Part shown: positions 29,146-38,708 of the stretch, piece by piece
Numbering within the stretch: the first letter of the stretch is position 1
Layout of the letters: the number at the start of each line of letters is the position of its first letter
Source of the DNA: an uncultured virus (IMG/VR IMGVR_UViG_2513020035_000002)
Lineage: Duplodnaviria > Heunggongvirae > Uroviricota > Caudoviricetes
Length of the DNA: 64,000 nt
IMG/VR virus record: IMGVR_UViG_2513020035_000002
Reading direction: 5' to 3' (one strand)
The notes under the pieces: model-generated
What the model was told of the DNA's origin: nothing
Databases searched by the model: none
Seen by the model: the letters and a program-made list of their open reading frames with translations, nothing else
Made by a program: the position numbers and the translations under genes

Positions 29146-31161
29146 ATGGTTATAAATTATAAGAAGCTAAATCCTAACGGATTCTATCTATTGAAGTACT
29201 TGAATGATGAGACTATCCGTTTTATCATTCTCTATGGAGGTTCATCTTCCGGTAAGTCGTATAGTGTGGCACAAACCATACTGATACAGACATTACAGGA
29301 CGGTGAGAACACTCTTGTCATGCGTAAAGTAGGAGCTTCTATTCTCAAAACCATTTATGAAGATTATAAAGTCGCTGCGGCCGGTCTTGGCATATCCCAT
29401 TTGTTCAAGTTCCAACAGAATACTATTAAGTGTCTGGTTAATGGTGCGAAGATAGATTTTTCCGGTCTTGACGATCCGGAAAAGATAAAAGGTATCTCCA
29501 ACTATAAGCGTGTTCAGTTAGAGGAATGGTCAGAGTTCGAGCATCCGGATTTCAAGCAGCTACGTAAGCGTTTGCGTGGTAAGAAAGGGCAGCAGATTAT
29601 TTGTACCTTTAATCCGATCAGTGAAAGCCACTGGATAAAGAAAGAGTTCATTGATAAAGACAAATGGCATGATGTACCGATGACGGTTACCATTGCCGGC
29701 AAAGAGTTGCCGAAAGAACTTACCAAGGTCAAATCCGTAAAGAAGAATGCACCCAGGCAAATACTTAATCTTCGTACTAAGCAAATCGAGGAACAGGCAC
29801 CTAATACAGTTATTATCCAATCTACCTATTTGAATAATTTTTGGGTGGTCGGTAGTCCTGACGGTACGTATGGTTTCTATGATGAGCAATGTGTTGCCGA
29901 CTTTGAGTATGATAGAGTCCACGATCCGGATTATTACAATGTGTACGCATTGGGAGAGTGGGGTGTTATTCGTACCGGTAGCGAGTTCTTCGGTTCGTTC
30001 AACCGTGGCAAACATTCCGGTGAACATAAATATATCCCGGACCTGCCTATTCATATATCAGTAGATAATAACGTACTGCCATATATCAGTGTGTCGTACT
30101 GGCAAGTAGATTTCACTACCGGTATCAAGGTTTGGCAGTTCCATGAGACATGCGCCGAAAGTCCTAACAATACAGTAAAGAAGTCCTCTAAACTTGTAGC
30201 CAAGTATCTGAAAGATATCAGGTATAGTGATAAAGTCTACCTACACGGGGATGCCTCAATAAAGGCGGCCAATAGCATTGATGATGAAAAACGTTCTTGG
30301 ATGGACTTATTCATAGATACATTGCAGAAAGAAGGATTCGAGATTGAGGATAAGGTAGGCAATAAGAATCCGAGTGTTGCCATGACCGGTGAGTTTATCA
30401 ATGCTATCTTTGATTGTACTGTTCCCGGTATAGAGATATACATTGACGAATCATGTTCGGTATCTATTGAGGACTACATGAGCGTACAGAAAGATGCTAA
30501 CGGTGCCATTCTTAAAACTAAGGTCAAGAATAAAACTACCTTGCAGACTTATGAGGAGCACGGGCACCTGTCTGATACGTTCCGATATGTCGTTGTGGAT
30601 TTGTGTAGTGAGCAGTATATAGAGTTTAGTAACCGGCGAAAAAGAAACTTGTATGCTTGTAATGGCACTATTAATTTCTTCAATCCAGATACCGAATGTA
30701 AATACACTAAGAAGATTCTATATGTGATGCCGAATGTTAATGGGAAATTTGTCCTTATACAAGCGTTTAGATGTGGAAATAAATGGCATGTTGTTGATGT
30801 CGTATTTATGGATACTACTTCAACAGAAGATATACGTTCTTCTATTTTGTCCCATGAATCTGATTCATGTGTAATTGAATGTACAGATGCTTATTTCCCT
30901 TTTATCCGGGAACTCCGTTCTAGTACAAACAAGGAGATTCGTGTAATGAAAGAGTTTCCGGATGTAGATAAGCGTATTGCTGCAACATCTGATTATGTGA
31001 AAAATAGTATTCTTTTTTCTGCATCAAAAGTAGAATCTGATACGGAATATGTTGCCTTCATGAATAATCTGATGGACTATAATAAAGATAGTGAAACAAA
31101 AGAGGCCAGTGCTGTTTTGAGTGGGCTAGTACAGTTCGTTGTAAAATTAGGTTTGAATTGA
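29146..31161 (+). CDS. terL: terminase large subunit (PBSX-like) with C-terminal extension
   Basis: YGGSSSGKS, QLEE, TFNP, HLSDTFRY. Confidence 0.92.
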   Translation: MVINYKKLNPNGFYLLKYLNDETIRFIILYGGSSSGKSYSVAQTILIQTLQDGENTLVMRKVGASILKTIYEDYKVAAAGLGISHLFKFQQNTIKCLVNGAKIDFSGLDDPEKIKGISNYKRVQLEEWSEFEHPDFKQLRKRLRGKKGQQIICTFNPISESHWIKKEFIDKDKWHDVPMTVTIAGKELPKELTKVKSVKKNAPRQILNLRTKQIEEQAPNTVIIQSTYLNNFWVVGSPDGTYGFYDEQCVADFEYDRVHDPDYYNVYALGEWGVIRTGSEFFGSFNRGKHSGEHKYIPDLPIHISVDNNVLPYISVSYWQVDFTTGIKVWQFHETCAESPNNTVKKSSKLVAKYLKDIRYSDKVYLHGDASIKAANSIDDEKRSWMDLFIDTLQKEGFEIEDKVGNKNPSVAMTGEFINAIFDCTVPGIEIYIDESCSVSIEDYMSVQKDANGAILKTKVKNKTTLQTYEEHGHLSDTFRYVVVDLCSEQYIEFSNRRKRNLYACNGTINFFNPDTECKYTKKILYVMPNVNGKFVLIQAFRCGNKWHVVDVVFMDTTSTEDIRSSILSHESDSCVIECTDAYFPFIRELRSSTNKEIRVMKEFPDVDKRIAATSDYVKNSILFSASKVESDTEYVAFMNNLMDYNKDSETKEASAVLSGLVQFVVKLGLN

Positions 31162-31220
31162 AATGTGCTATATGTGATTGAAAATAAGAATGTTATATTG
31201 TTGGTATTATGTTTTCGTAA

Positions 31221-31271
31221 TTTCAAGATTTTAGTGTTTTGGAAAACGGTTTTCCTTTTTACTTAGTTTTG
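31221..31271 (+). promoter_or_regulatory. late-type promoter, copy A
   Basis: CAAGATTTT...GGAAAAC...TAGTTTTG. Confidence 0.6.
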
Positions 31272-31287
31272 CTCAAAAAGGAACCCA

Positions 31288-32733
31288 ATGAATATTTTTT
31301 TTGATAATCTATTTGGAAAGAAATCTAAGACTAAAGGTGAAGTTGAAATAGTTACTTCATCTGAAAATAAGGATATAGATACTCAAAGTGGCAAGGCTGA
31401 AAAATGGTCAGTTGCATACATTGAGGACCTTACTAGTCCTATTGTAGCGGGCAGTAACTATCTAACGCTATTCAGTACGATACCTGAAGTCTTTTTCCCG
31501 ATCGATTATATTGCATCGCGAATTGCAGGTGCTAATTTTCAATTGAAGAAAACTAAGGATGACAGTATAGTATGGGCGAATAAACGAATGAATGGCATAC
31601 TTAGTCGTCCTAATTGTTTGATGCGTTGGAAAGAATTGATTTATCAGCACCATATTTATAAATTGTGTACAGGGAATAGCTTTATTCGTGCCGCTATGCC
31701 TGATGTCTTTTCTACAGCTGAAAAATGGAGATATTGCGATAATTATTGGGTGCTACCTTCTGATAAGACTATTGTAGAACCTGTTTACGGGAATATGCCA
31801 TTGTTTGGCATTGCCCAAACAGAAGATATTATTCGTAGCTATCGTTTGGAGTATGGTTGGAATGGTAGTTTGGAAATTCCTCCATACCAAATATGGCATG
31901 ATAGAGACGGAAGTGCAGAGTTCTATTCAGGGGCTATGTTCTTGAAGTCCAAAAGTCGTCTTGCTTCCCAAAATAAGCCAATGTCAAATCTAATAGCTGT
32001 ATATGAAGCTAGAAACGTGATTTATGTAAAGCGGGGTGGATTGGGCTTTATTGTAAGTAAGAAAACTGATGCTACCGGTTCAATAGCGTTGACTGACGAT
32101 GAAAAGGAACAGCTTTTGAAGCAAAATTTTGAGAAGTATGGTGTAAGGAAGGGCCAGGTACCTTATGGTATTTCAGATGCAGACATTGACTTTGTTCGTA
32201 CTAATCTTTCTATTGCAGAGTTACAGCCGTTTGAAGAGACTTTGGCTGATGCAATAAATATTGCAGGGGCATACGGCATCCCTGCCGTTCTTGTTCCGCG
32301 AAAAGACCAGTCCACATTTAGCAATCAGGCTACTGCTGAAAAGAGCGTATATTGTTCAACTGTTATTCCTATGGCCAAACAATTCTGCAAGGATTTTACA
32401 GCTTTCCTTGGTCTTGAAGGAGGTGGATATTATTTGGATTGTGATTTCTCTGATGTTGATTGTTTGCAGGAAGGATTGAAAGAATCCGAGGACGTAAAGA
32501 CAAATATAAATAAACGTTGTCGTGAACAATTCTCATGTGGGCTTATAACACTCAATGACTGGCGTGCCCAAATAGGCGAAAGTATGATAGAAAATCCCTT
32601 GTTTGACAAATTGAAATTTGATATGTCAGATGAGGAACTGGATAAAGTAAATCGAGTTTTTAACACTAAAAGTGGAGATGAAAAAGATGGAAGAGAAAAT
32701 CAAAAGCCTTCAGTACAAGACAAAGGCAAATGA
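31288..32733 (+). CDS. portal protein (HK97-like)
   Basis: GNSFI, IAGAYGIPAVL, TFSN, GLITLNDWR. Confidence 0.9.
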   Translation: MNIFFDNLFGKKSKTKGEVEIVTSSENKDIDTQSGKAEKWSVAYIEDLTSPIVAGSNYLTLFSTIPEVFFPIDYIASRIAGANFQLKKTKDDSIVWANKRMNGILSRPNCLMRWKELIYQHHIYKLCTGNSFIRAAMPDVFSTAEKWRYCDNYWVLPSDKTIVEPVYGNMPLFGIAQTEDIIRSYRLEYGWNGSLEIPPYQIWHDRDGSAEFYSGAMFLKSKSRLASQNKPMSNLIAVYEARNVIYVKRGGLGFIVSKKTDATGSIALTDDEKEQLLKQNFEKYGVRKGQVPYGISDADIDFVRTNLSIAELQPFEETLADAINIAGAYGIPAVLVPRKDQSTFSNQATAEKSVYCSTVIPMAKQFCKDFTAFLGLEGGGYYLDCDFSDVDCLQEGLKESEDVKTNINKRCREQFSCGLITLNDWRAQIGESMIENPLFDKLKFDMSDEELDKVNRVFNTKSGDEKDGRENQKPSVQDKGK

Positions 32734-33783
32734 TGTTGATGAGAAGGGTATCGTTACCGTTGCGGTGAACGGTATCGGTGTGAAGGACTCACAAAATGAC
32801 ATATCTATGCCCGGCTCATTCAATAAGACATTGAAAGAAAATATTGGTCGGATGCGTTGGTTCCTGAATCATCGTACAGACCAGTTGTTAGGTGTTCCGT
32901 TGAGTGGTAAGGAAACAGAAGGTAATTTGGTTATGGTCGGTCAGTTAAATCTTGAAAAACAGATTGGACGTGACACGTTGGCTGATTATAAGCTGTTTGC
33001 AGAGAATGGAAGAACCCTAGAACACTCTATCGGAGTAAAAGCTATCAAAAGGGATTCTATCGATCCTTGTAAGGTGCTTGAATGGCGTATGATGGAATAT
33101 TCAACATTGACAAGTTGGGGGAGTAATCCCCAGACGTTCCTTGTGAATATTNNNNNNNNNNNNNNNNNNNNNNNNNNNNNNNNNNNNNNTCTGCTACTGC
33201 TGACCAGGTAAAGGAGGCTGTTGATTTCGTCCGGAAAGCGTTCTTGCAGCATGGATATAGTGATGAACGTTTAAAAGGATACGATATGGAATTAAGTTTA
33301 TTACTGAAGAGCCTCAACGGTGGTGCCGTTGTCTCATGTCCTCATTGTGGTTATCAATTTGATTATGATGCAGAAACGGAGCATACCTTTGCCCAACAGG
33401 TATTAGATTATGCTGCTGATTATCAGAGATGGATAACACAGGACATTGTAAGGGAAGAAATGGAGAAGCTCACTCCGGAGATTAGAACCCAAGTAATTTC
33501 TCTTATTGATTCTGTCAAATCAGAAAAGAAAGAATTTACTCAAAAGGGTCTACAAGACCTTATGAATTATGTAAGATGTCCCCACTGTTGGGGAAAAGTA
33601 TATCGTTCGAATGCTATTCTGCAAAATACTTCTGAAGATACCACCGGAAAAAATGAGCCGTCTGTTGACACTCAAGAAAAGAATGACGGGGAAAATGGGG
33701 ACGATGAAGTAACGATTAAAGCCGCTGATAATGGCACTTTACTCGATTTCAAGAGTTTGAATAGCTGTTTCGAGAATAAATAA
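32687..33783 (+). CDS. prohead protease with Zn-ribbon extension, split by N run
   Basis: KDSQND.SMPGSF, FLNH, HSIG, EYSTL..GSNP; two CPHC motifs downstream. Confidence 0.8.
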
Positions 33784-33800
33784 CTTAAAATTTAAATTTT

Positions 33801-35378
33801 ATGCCAATTAGAAAATTTACAGTATCAGATTTTAATCTGAAAACGGACGGTCTGCCGGCAGAACAGAAAACATTTATGGAAAATATCGCCGGCATGATGT
33901 GTGAAGTAGTTAACAAGTCACTTGAAGGATTTGCTTCACCGGAGGAGGTAACGAAACAGTTTGGTGACATCAATAATCTATTGAAAGCCTATGATGGAGA
34001 AAAGTTCCAGCAATTGGTAAAGGACAACGAGCAACTTGTAGAACAAGTTAAAACTCTTGGTGAAAGTATCGAGAAAATGAAGCAGAAAGGTCTTTCTATG
34101 GATACTATCAACAAGTTCGATGAGAAGTTGAACGAGATGCTTGATTCTGAAAAATTCAGAGATTTCGCAGAAGGAAAAACACGCAAATCAGGAGAATTTG
34201 ACGGCTTCTCCTTGAAAGATGTCGTTTCCATGACTGACAATTACACCGGTGATTTGTTGATTACTCAACAACAGAAACGTGTTGTGACTCAGGTTGCCAA
34301 CAAAAAGTTGCATATGCGTGATGTATTAACGACGCTGACAGCTGATCCTGCATATCCTCAACTCGCCTATGCGCAAGTATATGCTTTCAACCGTAATGCC
34401 CGTTTTGTAACTGAGAACGGTCGTTTACCGGAATCAAGTATCAAGGTAAAAGAGATACAGACAGGAACTAAGCGCCTTGGTACTCATATCCGTATTTCAA
34501 AACGTATGTTGAAATCAAGAGTGTACATTCGTTCCTACATCTTGAACATGCTTCCTGAAGCTGTTTGGATGGCAGAAGACTGGAACATCTTGTTTGGTGA
34601 CGGTAATGGTGAGAATTTGCTTGGTATTATTAATAATACTGGGGTGACTTCTGTAGAGAAGATTATCAGTACAGCCATTGTTACAGGTGCCGCCGGTGCT
34701 GTAAAAGCTATTACCGGATATAACGGTGATAAGGATGTGATTGTAGAGTTTGCAGAACCACAGGATTTGATTCTTGATGGAATGAGTATCACGTTCGCTG
34801 GTGCCGCTGTTCTTACAGAACTGAACAAAACACACGCTCTTGTGAAAATGGAAGATGGTCGTATCCTTATTCCTGGTGTCGCGTTCTCCGGTGCTGAAAC
34901 GGCTACGGATAAAATGACATTCAGTGTTCATGAAGCCGGCTTTAAGAACATTGAGGAACCCAACTCTGAAGATGTAGTGAAAACAGCTTTCGCCGCAATG
35001 ACATATGCCCAGTATTTTCCGAATGCCATTATTCTTAATCCAATGACTGTTAACGGTATGGAATCAGAGAAAGATACGACAGGACGTAATCTTGGTATCG
35101 TTAAAATGGTTGATGGGGTGAAATATATTGCCGGTCGTCCGATTATCGAGTATGGTGGTATTCTTCCAGGTAAGTATCTTTTAGGTGACTTTAACCAAGC
35201 CGCAAATTTGGTTGATTATACCACTTTGACACTTGAATGGGCTGAAGATGTGGAGACCAAGCTTTGCAATGAGGTTGTGCTGATGGCACAAGAAGAAGTT
35301 ATCTTCCCGATTTATATGCCGTGGGCTTTCGCTTATGGGGATTTGGCCGCATTGAAGACTGCAATAACTAAAGCGTAG
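33801..35378 (+). CDS. major capsid protein (HK97 fold)
   Basis: Coiled-coil N-terminus, FVTENGRLPES, ILFGDG, LLGDF; position after the protease. Confidence 0.9.
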   Translation: MPIRKFTVSDFNLKTDGLPAEQKTFMENIAGMMCEVVNKSLEGFASPEEVTKQFGDINNLLKAYDGEKFQQLVKDNEQLVEQVKTLGESIEKMKQKGLSMDTINKFDEKLNEMLDSEKFRDFAEGKTRKSGEFDGFSLKDVVSMTDNYTGDLLITQQQKRVVTQVANKKLHMRDVLTTLTADPAYPQLAYAQVYAFNRNARFVTENGRLPESSIKVKEIQTGTKRLGTHIRISKRMLKSRVYIRSYILNMLPEAVWMAEDWNILFGDGNGENLLGIINNTGVTSVEKIISTAIVTGAAGAVKAITGYNGDKDVIVEFAEPQDLILDGMSITFAGAAVLTELNKTHALVKMEDGRILIPGVAFSGAETATDKMTFSVHEAGFKNIEEPNSEDVVKTAFAAMTYAQYFPNAIILNPMTVNGMESEKDTTGRNLGIVKMVDGVKYIAGRPIIEYGGILPGKYLLGDFNQAANLVDYTTLTLEWAEDVETKLCNEVVLMAQEEVIFPIYMPWAFAYGDLAALKTAITKA

Positions 35379-35382
35379 GATT

Positions 35383-35805
35383 ATGGATTACATACTTAGA
35401 GGTAACGATAAGGATGTAACCAATGTGCTTAAAGAGCAACGCATTCGGATTAATAGAGGGATGATTCAACTCATCCCTATTTCCGAATGTGGTCTTGTTA
35501 CAGAAGAAGATGCCCGAAAGACATTGGAATGTATGCTTGCAGAAAAAAATGAAGAGATTGGCAGGCTTACTGCATCCATTGCAGAGAAAGATAAGACAAT
35601 TGTTGAACTGACAGAAGAGCGTGAAACAATGAAAGCTCGCATTGCAGAACTTGAAGTACAGGTGCCTTCTGATGAAAAGAATCTTCCGGTTGCCGATTCA
35701 AAAGATTTGCAAGAGGAAGATGCCAAGGAGGTAACTGTTACAGATGATAAAGCCGTTTCCGTAGAAGATGAAAAGAAAACCGGGAAAGGCAAGACTTCTA
35801 AATAA
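35383..35805 (+). CDS. hypothetical head-region protein
   Basis: Coiled-coil ORF. Confidence 0.7.
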   Translation: MDYILRGNDKDVTNVLKEQRIRINRGMIQLIPISECGLVTEEDARKTLECMLAEKNEEIGRLTASIAEKDKTIVELTEERETMKARIAELEVQVPSDEKNLPVADSKDLQEEDAKEVTVTDDKAVSVEDEKKTGKGKTSK

Positions 35806-35813
35806 CTATCGCT

Positions 35814-36356
35814 ATGTTGATTGATGTTTCATATTTTATGTCAGGTCCCAGGCATATTGAGAATGTTTCGGTCGCTGAAATGCCTTCGCCCCAATCTCTT
35901 GCTGTGAATGAGGTGATAAATGGGTATATTAAGGCATTTCAGCCCGAATTTCTCCGGAATGTTGTTGGTGTGACTCTTTCCCAAGCTATCACAGATTATT
36001 TGGAGCTTATTGAACGGGAAAAGGAAGATTCTTCAGATGAAGTTGATATTTCAGAAGAGAAGGAAGCCCCCCAGTCCGGATATGCAGTATTATGCGAGAA
36101 GCTGTGTGAACCGTTCGCTGACTATGTCTTTTATCATATTCTTCGTGACGCAAACACCCAGGCTACAATAACCGGGCTTGTCCGTTTGAAATGTGCTAAT
36201 GAATATATAGCTCCTTTGAAGAGACAAGTAAGCACATGGAATAGCATGGTAGAGAAGAATAAACAGTTTGTTGAATGGGCTATGTCGAATGATTGTCCTT
36301 TCGATGTGAAAATAACCAAGAATCTTTTGACCCCAATTAATGCTTTCAATTTATGA
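35814..36356 (+). CDS. putative head-tail connector
   Basis: Position and size only. Confidence 0.55.
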   Translation: MLIDVSYFMSGPRHIENVSVAEMPSPQSLAVNEVINGYIKAFQPEFLRNVVGVTLSQAITDYLELIEREKEDSSDEVDISEEKEAPQSGYAVLCEKLCEPFADYVFYHILRDANTQATITGLVRLKCANEYIAPLKRQVSTWNSMVEKNKQFVEWAMSNDCPFDVKITKNLLTPINAFNL

Positions 36357-36925
36357 TAGATTTAGATATAACAGAACTGTTTGAGGAGATTGTAAAGGAA
36401 CTTCCAGAAGGGCTTGAAATTCTCTATCCAAATGGGAAAGGGGGAACTAAAGTTATGAAGTCCCCAAGGTTGAATTACATCTTCGGTAGCAGTCAATATA
36501 TCAAAGATATTTTAGATGAATACAGTAAGTCTTCTGCCCAGTCTGAAAGGAAGTTTCCATTGGTTGCACTATTCACTCCAATTAGTGAGGATAGAGGTGA
36601 TGCGGATTATTTTTCAAAAGCAAAGGTTTCGTTAATTATAGCATGTTCTTCTTGTAAAGAGTGGAGCAATGAGATGCGCAGAACCACATCTTTTAAAAAT
36701 ATCCTTCGGCCAATCTATAAACGTTTATTGGAAGTATTATATGAAGATTCTCGGTTCGACTGCGACTATGACGAAAAAGTGAAACATAGTTATTCAGAAA
36801 ACTATTCATATGGCAGATACGGAGCCTATACAGATTCCGGTGAGGCTGTGAGCGAGCCGATTGATGCCATAAATATACGCTCGATGGAAATAAAAATTAA
36901 TAATCTTAATTGTAGAAGAAAATGA
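36353..36925 (+). CDS. putative tail completion protein
   Basis: Position only. Confidence 0.5.
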   Translation: MIDLDITELFEEIVKELPEGLEILYPNGKGGTKVMKSPRLNYIFGSSQYIKDILDEYSKSSAQSERKFPLVALFTPISEDRGDADYFSKAKVSLIIACSSCKEWSNEMRRTTSFKNILRPIYKRLLEVLYEDSRFDCDYDEKVKHSYSENYSYGRYGAYTDSGEAVSEPIDAINIRSMEIKINNLNCRRK

Positions 36926-37761
36926 GAAAGATTAGAACGTGTAAGGGTTCCCGGATGAACACTGGTAGTTCTGCTTGTAGCATTGACTGGAAAAAGGTCA
37001 AAGGTGCTATCTTGACAGAACATGGTGTCAAACTCCCTGCTGATATAACAGGTGAGAAGTTGCTCGAATTGTGCCATGCAGACCGTCCCGGGCGTATTTA
37101 CCCTATTTTGCCATTCCTGGAGTATGCCAAGAATGGTGGAGAGCCTCAAGTTAATCCTGTAGGGTACGGTGCAAGTGAATACAACGGGCTTAGCGCTCAA
37201 ACAGACACCTTCACTTTGAAGAAATTTGATGAGGTTTTGAATGCCCAGCTTCTGAAATGTGCCAATAAAGGATGGGACGTTTACTTTTGGAATCAGGATA
37301 ATATGTTGATCGGTTATAATGATGACACTGATATCCTTGCCGGTATTCCGATGTCTACTGTTTACCCGACCGTGACACAGTACCCGACCAGTAGTGCTAA
37401 GTCTGCGATGACTGTTAGTTTTTCACATGAAGATGTGGAAGACAGCCAATTGCACTTTGACTACGTGCAGTTAGACTTCAATCCCAAGAATTTCGTTAAA
37501 GGCTTGGTTGATGTTGTGTTTCAAAAGTTGGAGGCCGAAAATACTTACAAAATAGTTGAAGTTGTTGGTGGTTATGACCGTACAGAAGAATTTGGCAGTC
37601 TTATTGCTGATGGTGCTGCTGAAGTTATGAATAACGTAACTTCTGCTACATATTCGGATGGTATCATTACCATTGTTCCTAAAGCCGGGGCGGTTCCTTC
37701 GTTGAAAGCTCCTTCTGTATTGTATGAAAAAGGAATCAGAGGTATCGAGCAGGTGTCATGA
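36922..37761 (+). CDS. putative major tail tube protein
   Basis: Position, 279 aa, beta-rich composition. Confidence 0.6.
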   Translation: MRKIRTCKGSRMNTGSSACSIDWKKVKGAILTEHGVKLPADITGEKLLELCHADRPGRIYPILPFLEYAKNGGEPQVNPVGYGASEYNGLSAQTDTFTLKKFDEVLNAQLLKCANKGWDVYFWNQDNMLIGYNDDTDILAGIPMSTVYPTVTQYPTSSAKSAMTVSFSHEDVEDSQLHFDYVQLDFNPKNFVKGLVDVVFQKLEAENTYKIVEVVGGYDRTEEFGSLIADGAAEVMNNVTSATYSDGIITIVPKAGAVPSLKAPSVLYEKGIRGIEQVS

Positions 37762-37913
37762 AGGTAGATAATGTTACGTTCGTCGAGGTTGCTGTGAAGG
37801 GCATGACGAAGGAAGAGTTTATTAATGCGCACATTAAAGTCGTGTGGCAGGAACTGAAGGAAGCTGACCGCAAGAAGAAGCTCTCGGAAGTGTACGATGC
37901 GATAACTAAGTAA
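37758..37913 (+). CDS. small protein (51 aa, MKVDNVTF...YDAITK)
   Basis: ATGA overlap with the upstream stop; not in the ORF track. Confidence 0.65.
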   Translation: MKVDNVTFVEVAVKGMTKEEFINAHIKVVWQELKEADRKKKLSEVYDAITK

Positions 37914-37916
37914 CCG

Positions 37917-37948
37917 ACGGGCTGGGGTGTGATTACAGCCCGGCCCGT
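37917..37948 (+). terminator. GC hairpin after the tail tube genes
   Basis: ACGGGCTGGG...CCCGGCCCGT. Confidence 0.55.
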
Positions 37949-37992
37949 TATANNNNNNNNNNNNNNNNNNNNNNNNNNNNNNNNTTTACTGT

Positions 37993-38514
37993 ATGGCAGA
38001 TTTTGATGAATTACATAGAGTTATTCATTCCATTGCATCCGGGTTTGAAGAGGAATGTATTAGGTGTATGGAAGAACATAAGAATGTGCTCGTTGATTGC
38101 ATTCAGGAGCAATTATATTCCGGTCTGGACGGTACTGAACATCTATTGAATCCTGATTATGATACTGACACCTATTTTAACGAGCCCGGTCCCTGGCAGA
38201 ACCGTGCGGAACAATATAAACGATGGAAGGAGAGGATAACTCCACCTCTTAGAAGTGAGATGCTTTATTTGCCACCGCGTCCGGTTGAGGTACCTAACCT
38301 CTTTATTACTGGTACTTTCTATGATAGCATAACTGCCGATAGAATTGATTCCGGGCTTCGATTCTCAACGAAAGGATTTACGGACGGTAGTTCTATTGAG
38401 AAGAAATACGGTGAGCAGATTTTAGGCATTGGTGATACAGCTAAAGAGTACTTTAATATTATGTATCTCCGTCCCTGGATGGAACGTTTCTTTTCAGAAT
38501 GTGGATATCGGTAG
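37993..38514 (+). CDS. putative neck/tail morphogenesis protein
   Basis: PNLFITGTFYDSI motif; position. Confidence 0.6.
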   Translation: MADFDELHRVIHSIASGFEEECIRCMEEHKNVLVDCIQEQLYSGLDGTEHLLNPDYDTDTYFNEPGPWQNRAEQYKRWKERITPPLRSEMLYLPPRPVEVPNLFITGTFYDSITADRIDSGLRFSTKGFTDGSSIEKKYGEQILGIGDTAKEYFNIMYLRPWMERFFSECGYR

Positions 38515-38517
38515 AAA

Positions 38518-38706
38518 ATGGCTTGTAGTTGCGAAATAAAAAAGATGCAGAGTGAACTGGAACGTATCAGTGATCTTGCAAAGAAAGCAGCTGTCTTGGA
38601 TGGTTGCATGTATGTCGTTTATCAGAAAGAAGATGGTACCTATGCTTTTGATAAACTAGGAGTTGAGATAAAAGGAAAGATTGTTGAATATAGACATTAC
38701 CTGTAA
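38518..38706 (+). CDS. hypothetical protein
   Basis: 62 aa ORF in operon. Confidence 0.65.
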   Translation: MACSCEIKKMQSELERISDLAKKAAVLDGCMYVVYQKEDGTYAFDKLGVEIKGKIVEYRHYL

Positions 38707-38708
38707 TT

